This document shows, piece after piece, positions 16,010-18,736 of a DNA stretch of 18,736 nucleotides. Position numbers and translations under genes: made by a program. Below the pieces are notes generated by a model, which saw only the letters and a program-made list of their open reading frames with translations, did not search any database and had not been told where the DNA came from. The stretch's first letter is position 1. Each line of letters begins with the position of its first letter. This DNA comes from Okeania sp. (GTDB lineage Bacteria > Cyanobacteriota > Cyanobacteriia > Cyanobacteriales > Microcoleaceae): assembly GCF_035285525.1 (NCBI RefSeq), contig NZ_JAYKGW010000160.1, forward strand, positions 1-18,736. Reading direction: 5' to 3'.

Positions 16010-17239
16010 CTATTCCTGATTAAAATTTAACTCTGTTTGGGTATTAGAATGAAGTTTAAGTTTTTCATCTAAGCCAGTCTTTTTTCTAATATAGTTGGCT
16101 AAATCTGTTACACTCGCACCACCACCTGAGCTTTTCACTAGCTTTTTTTTACCATCCGGTTGCTGTGTCATATTGCCAAGCATATTATCCCAATTGGGGT
16201 TATATCGAGACCAATCAATTGTGGCTATCTTTTTTAAAATATCTTCCTTTTCTGAATCGGTTAACCGATTTTTGAGCAACATTTCTAAGTCATAGAAAAT
16301 TAGACCTAAAGCACACCAACCAGGGTATGTATGGTGAATATAATCTTTATTTTCAAAGTTTTCTCCCATTAATGTAGCTAGTGTTTCCAGATAGTCCTCA
16401 ATAGATATTTTTACATCTGCAAAAGTTTCACTGTTTAAGTAACGTTTACCCCTAATAGTTTTACTGTTACTTTTTTGGAAGTTGTAACCTTCACAAGCAC
16501 CTCTAATAAACTTTAGTAAGCACTGTTGTGCGACAAATGCTCCACTTTTCTTTGTCACCCTCGTTGCATTTTTTTCCATTCCTCCTCTGCTTTCAATTAC
16601 AGGAGTTTCTGCAATTGCTTTAGTAAGAGCTATGTATAAATCGCTCTGATCGAGTGCAACTGCCAAACTCTTAGAAACTGGAGTTGCTAAGAAATTAAAA
16701 TCATGGAAAATTTGACCTAGTTGCTCAACTGTTAAATCTCCTGTTTTCTCAGTTGGAGCATAAATCGTCACTGGAAAAGTAAAGGAATTAACAACCTCAG
16801 TTTCTCCTTCTTCTATCAAATCCAGTGCCCCTGTTACTCTTGCTAAACCATCAAGTAGAACTCTAATATTTCTTGCTGAGAGGTCAAACTTTAAATAACC
16901 AATAGCACTGTCAATATCTTTTCCTGTTTCGTCATAGCTTTGAAAGACAGGAACGTTAACCATGCCAATAGATATGGCTGGAAATGCTCCTACCATATCT
17001 TCAGATCTGTCGCTTGCTATTCGTTTTTTAATGTATTCTGCGGTTGTTCTACTACGGTTGGCATCTGTTTTCCTTTGAAGATTTTCGTACAACTCCCTTA
17101 AGTCTGGCTGTAGTTTAGACCAATTTTTGCTGCGGGGATCGTGACCTAATAAATTGTGTATTTCTAGTGGCTTTACTGTCGTTTGAAAGACGTAAAGCTT
17201 ACTACCATATTTTCCTTTGATACTAGGAACTGGAACCAT
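16010..17239 (-). CDS. DndB/DGQHR-like ParB-sulfiredoxin-fold protein with a variant DGLAR motif
   Basis: 409-aa uninterrupted ORF. Ordered motifs are YENLQRKTDANRSRTTAEYIKK (QR...R...YI), FPAISIG, LLDGLARVTG (codons 16838-16852) and FHDFNFLATPVSKSLAVALDQSD. This matches the remembered DGQHR-domain/DndB layout with Q->L and H->A in the name-giving motif. Confidence 0.65.
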   Translation of the reverse strand: MVPVPSIKGKYGSKLYVFQTTVKPLEIHNLLGHDPRSKNWSKLQPDLRELYENLQRKTDANRSRTTAEYIKKRIASDRSEDMVGAFPAISIGMVNVPVFQSYDETGKDIDSAIGYLKFDLSARNIRVLLDGLARVTGALDLIEEGETEVVNSFTFPVTIYAPTEKTGDLTVEQLGQIFHDFNFLATPVSKSLAVALDQSDLYIALTKAIAETPVIESRGGMEKNATRVTKKSGAFVAQQCLLKFIRGACEGYNFQKSNSKTIRGKRYLNSETFADVKISIEDYLETLATLMGENFENKDYIHHTYPGWCALGLIFYDLEMLLKNRLTDSEKEDILKKIATIDWSRYNPNWDNMLGNMTQQPDGKKKLVKSSGGGASVTDLANYIRKKTGLDEKLKLHSNTQTELNFNQE

Positions 17240-17447
17240 TAGAGATAGTATAGTTTAACCTTGATAAATTTTAACTTTACTTTAGTAAGTATACAAGTTT
17301 TTCCTAACAGTGATACAATGAATTTAAACTTAGTATATTTAAGGAAAAGTTTGAGCTATGCTTTGTTGATAATTCAACCTTTGCTAAAAGTATATTTGCA
17401 GACTAACACTCAAAATCAAAAATCACTCACTTAAAGGAAATAATAAA

Positions 17448-18736
17448 TTGACTCAAACTAACAAACTAAAAGCCATAGAATTATTTGCCGGAATAGGTGG
17501 TTTTCGTTTGGGAATGAAAGCTGCAAATATTGATACTATTTGGGCTAATAATATTAATAAACTTTCTTGTCAAGTTTATCAAAGTAATTTTAGTAATAGC
17601 TCCATAGTATTAGACAATATTAATCAAATTAATTCATCAGAAATTCCAGAACACGATATTTTAACGGCACGATTTCCCTGTCAACCATTTAGTCAAGCGG
17701 GTTATTTCAGTTATCAGTTATCAGTGAAACTCCGACTAAAGTCGGAGGCATCAAATACTGATTTCTCGGGAACCGTGTTAAATATTTTTTCATCCCCTTT
17801 TAAGAGGAGACTTTAGACCTCATTTTTTTGTAAAAAAATGGCAATTAGATATAAATTAAGGTGAACACTTTTTTAAGGAGTTATTGAAATAATTCAAGCT
17901 AAAAAGCCAAAATATTTTTTATTAGAAAATGTCAAAAGAATCTTGACTATGGAAAAAGACCATCATTTCCGAATTATATTAAATGCTTTTGCTTCCTTAG
18001 ACTATTTTATTGAATGGCGAATTATTAACCCGATAAATTTTGGTATTCCCCAGAACCGAGACAGAATTTTTATTTTTGGTACTAGGATTAAATCTACACA
18101 AAAAACTCCCGATCTAGAAAAGCTTTCTGTATTTTTAACAGATAATGATATTGATAATTTACCTGGCAATGATAATAAGAAAATCGAAAAATATATGGAG
18201 CCTATTCTTAATTTCAGTAGTAAAAATTATTATTGGGGTATTGCTTATCAAAACAAAATGTACAGTCAATCTTTACCTTTAATGGCTGATATAAAACCCA
18301 GAAAAAAACTCAAATATATTTTGCAAGATGAATCAGAAATAAATCCACAATTTGACTTTACTTCTGATACTCTAGAAAGAATTAAACAGAGCCAAATTGT
18401 AAATAGATATTGTAATGGTGTGGAAATATTATATAACCAAGGTGGGGGAGCGCGTCTTGGCTATACAATATTTGGGATTAATGGGGTTACTTCTACATTA
18501 ACCGCTTCTACTTCTAGACATTATGAAAGATATCAAGTTGGGAATAAATTTCGCCGTTTAACTAATATTGAATATGCTCGTTTAATGGGATTTCCCGATC
18601 ATTGGTGTAGAGTTGCTAAAATTTACAATCAATATGCTTTATATGGTAATTCAGTTGTACCAGATTGTGTAGAATGGATTTGTCGAAGAATTGGTAAACA
18701 AAATTTTAGATTTAAGCATCAAGCTTGGCAACAATT
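17448..18736 (+). pseudogene. DNA (cytosine-5)-methyltransferase disrupted by an insertion, a nonsense codon and a frameshift; runs off the window end
   Basis: Motif I IELFAGIGGFRLG and motif IV RFPCQPFSQAG read in frame from TTG 17448 to 17702. After a ~130 bp foreign segment the gene resumes as KKWQLDIN-TAA(17857-17859)-GEHFF. A 1-nt loss after the T6 run (17869-17874) leads into the frame starting at 17877: GVIEIIQAKKPKYFLLENV (VI), IPQNRDRIFIFG (VIII), TSTLTAS (TRD), RRLTNIEYARLMGFPDHW (IX), LYGNSVVPDCV (X). That frame is open for 286 codons to the window end. Confidence 0.8.
17703..17832. mobile_element. About 130-bp MITE-like insertion splitting the methyltransferase between motif IV and the RG.LFF block
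   Basis: It starts with CAGTTAT CAGTTAT CAGTG heptamers, then the perfect hairpin CTCCGACT-aa-AGTCGGAG and a second imperfect hairpin CCCCTTTTAAGAGGAG. The architecture resembles the family-B core. Flanking coding sequence aligns residue for residue with the canonical PCQxFSxAGKxxGxxDxRGxLFF spacing once the segment is removed. No target-site duplication is evident. Confidence 0.6.

Noticed and set aside
17240-17447. Short repeats (TAGTA at 17246, 17283 and 17331; AGTATATTT at 17332-17340 and 17389-17397) as operator sites in the divergent promoter region
   Set aside because: The spacing is irregular (37 and 48 bp), and 5-9 bp AT-only matches are expected by chance in DNA of this composition. 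Not reportable without comparative or binding data.
17448-17816. The 122-aa ORF as an intact small protein, or the locus as a naturally split two-subunit methyltransferase (M.AquI-like)
   Set aside because: The C-terminal 35 aa of the ORF are read out of the inserted repeat. The split falls between motif IV and the RG.LFF block, not in the variable region where functional split MTases are divided. The resumed sequence also carries a TAA at the conserved Arg position and a frameshift. The first canonical start in the downstream frame lies after motif VI (ENV).

Overview
This is visibly AT-rich cyanobacterial chromosomal DNA. It has at least 7 HIP1 octamers (GCGATCGC), STRR-like heptamer repeats and many small MITE-like dispersed repeats. 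That fits a filamentous, probably heterocyst-forming lineage, but no taxon can be named from the sequence alone. From 1 to 7 kb the window holds signalling genes: a histidine kinase whose N-terminus looks like a plant-type ethylene-binding domain, its single-domain response regulator, and a REC-PAS-GAF-GGDEF-EAL c-di-GMP protein. A 1.2 kb repeat-filled gap separates the regulator from the c-di-GMP gene. From 7 to 18.7 kb there is a patchwork of accessory and defence-type genes around housekeeping aspS. These are a TerB-like protein, an antitoxin plus a Doc/Fic toxin with no canonical start codon, a class II aldolase-like gene, and a small acidic ORF. Next comes a type II R-M module whose endonuclease is shattered (three frameshifts, a MITE insertion, a nonsense codon) while its C5-methyltransferase is intact. 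Last is a divergent pair: an intact DndB/DGQHR-like ParB-fold protein (motif DGLAR) and a second C5-methyltransferase broken by a ~130 bp insertion, a TAA at a conserved Arg position and a 1-nt frameshift. The long 3' ORF of that second methyltransferase runs off the window and is missing from the supplied ORF track. A ~75 bp relic of a paralogous methyltransferase 3' end lies upstream of the TerB-like gene. The best candidate for an undescribed system is the DndB-like/C5-MTase divergent pair; this rests on motifs and gene order, not on any search. No rRNA, tRNA or CRISPR array was seen. All family assignments come from motif recognition by eye and need profile searches to confirm.
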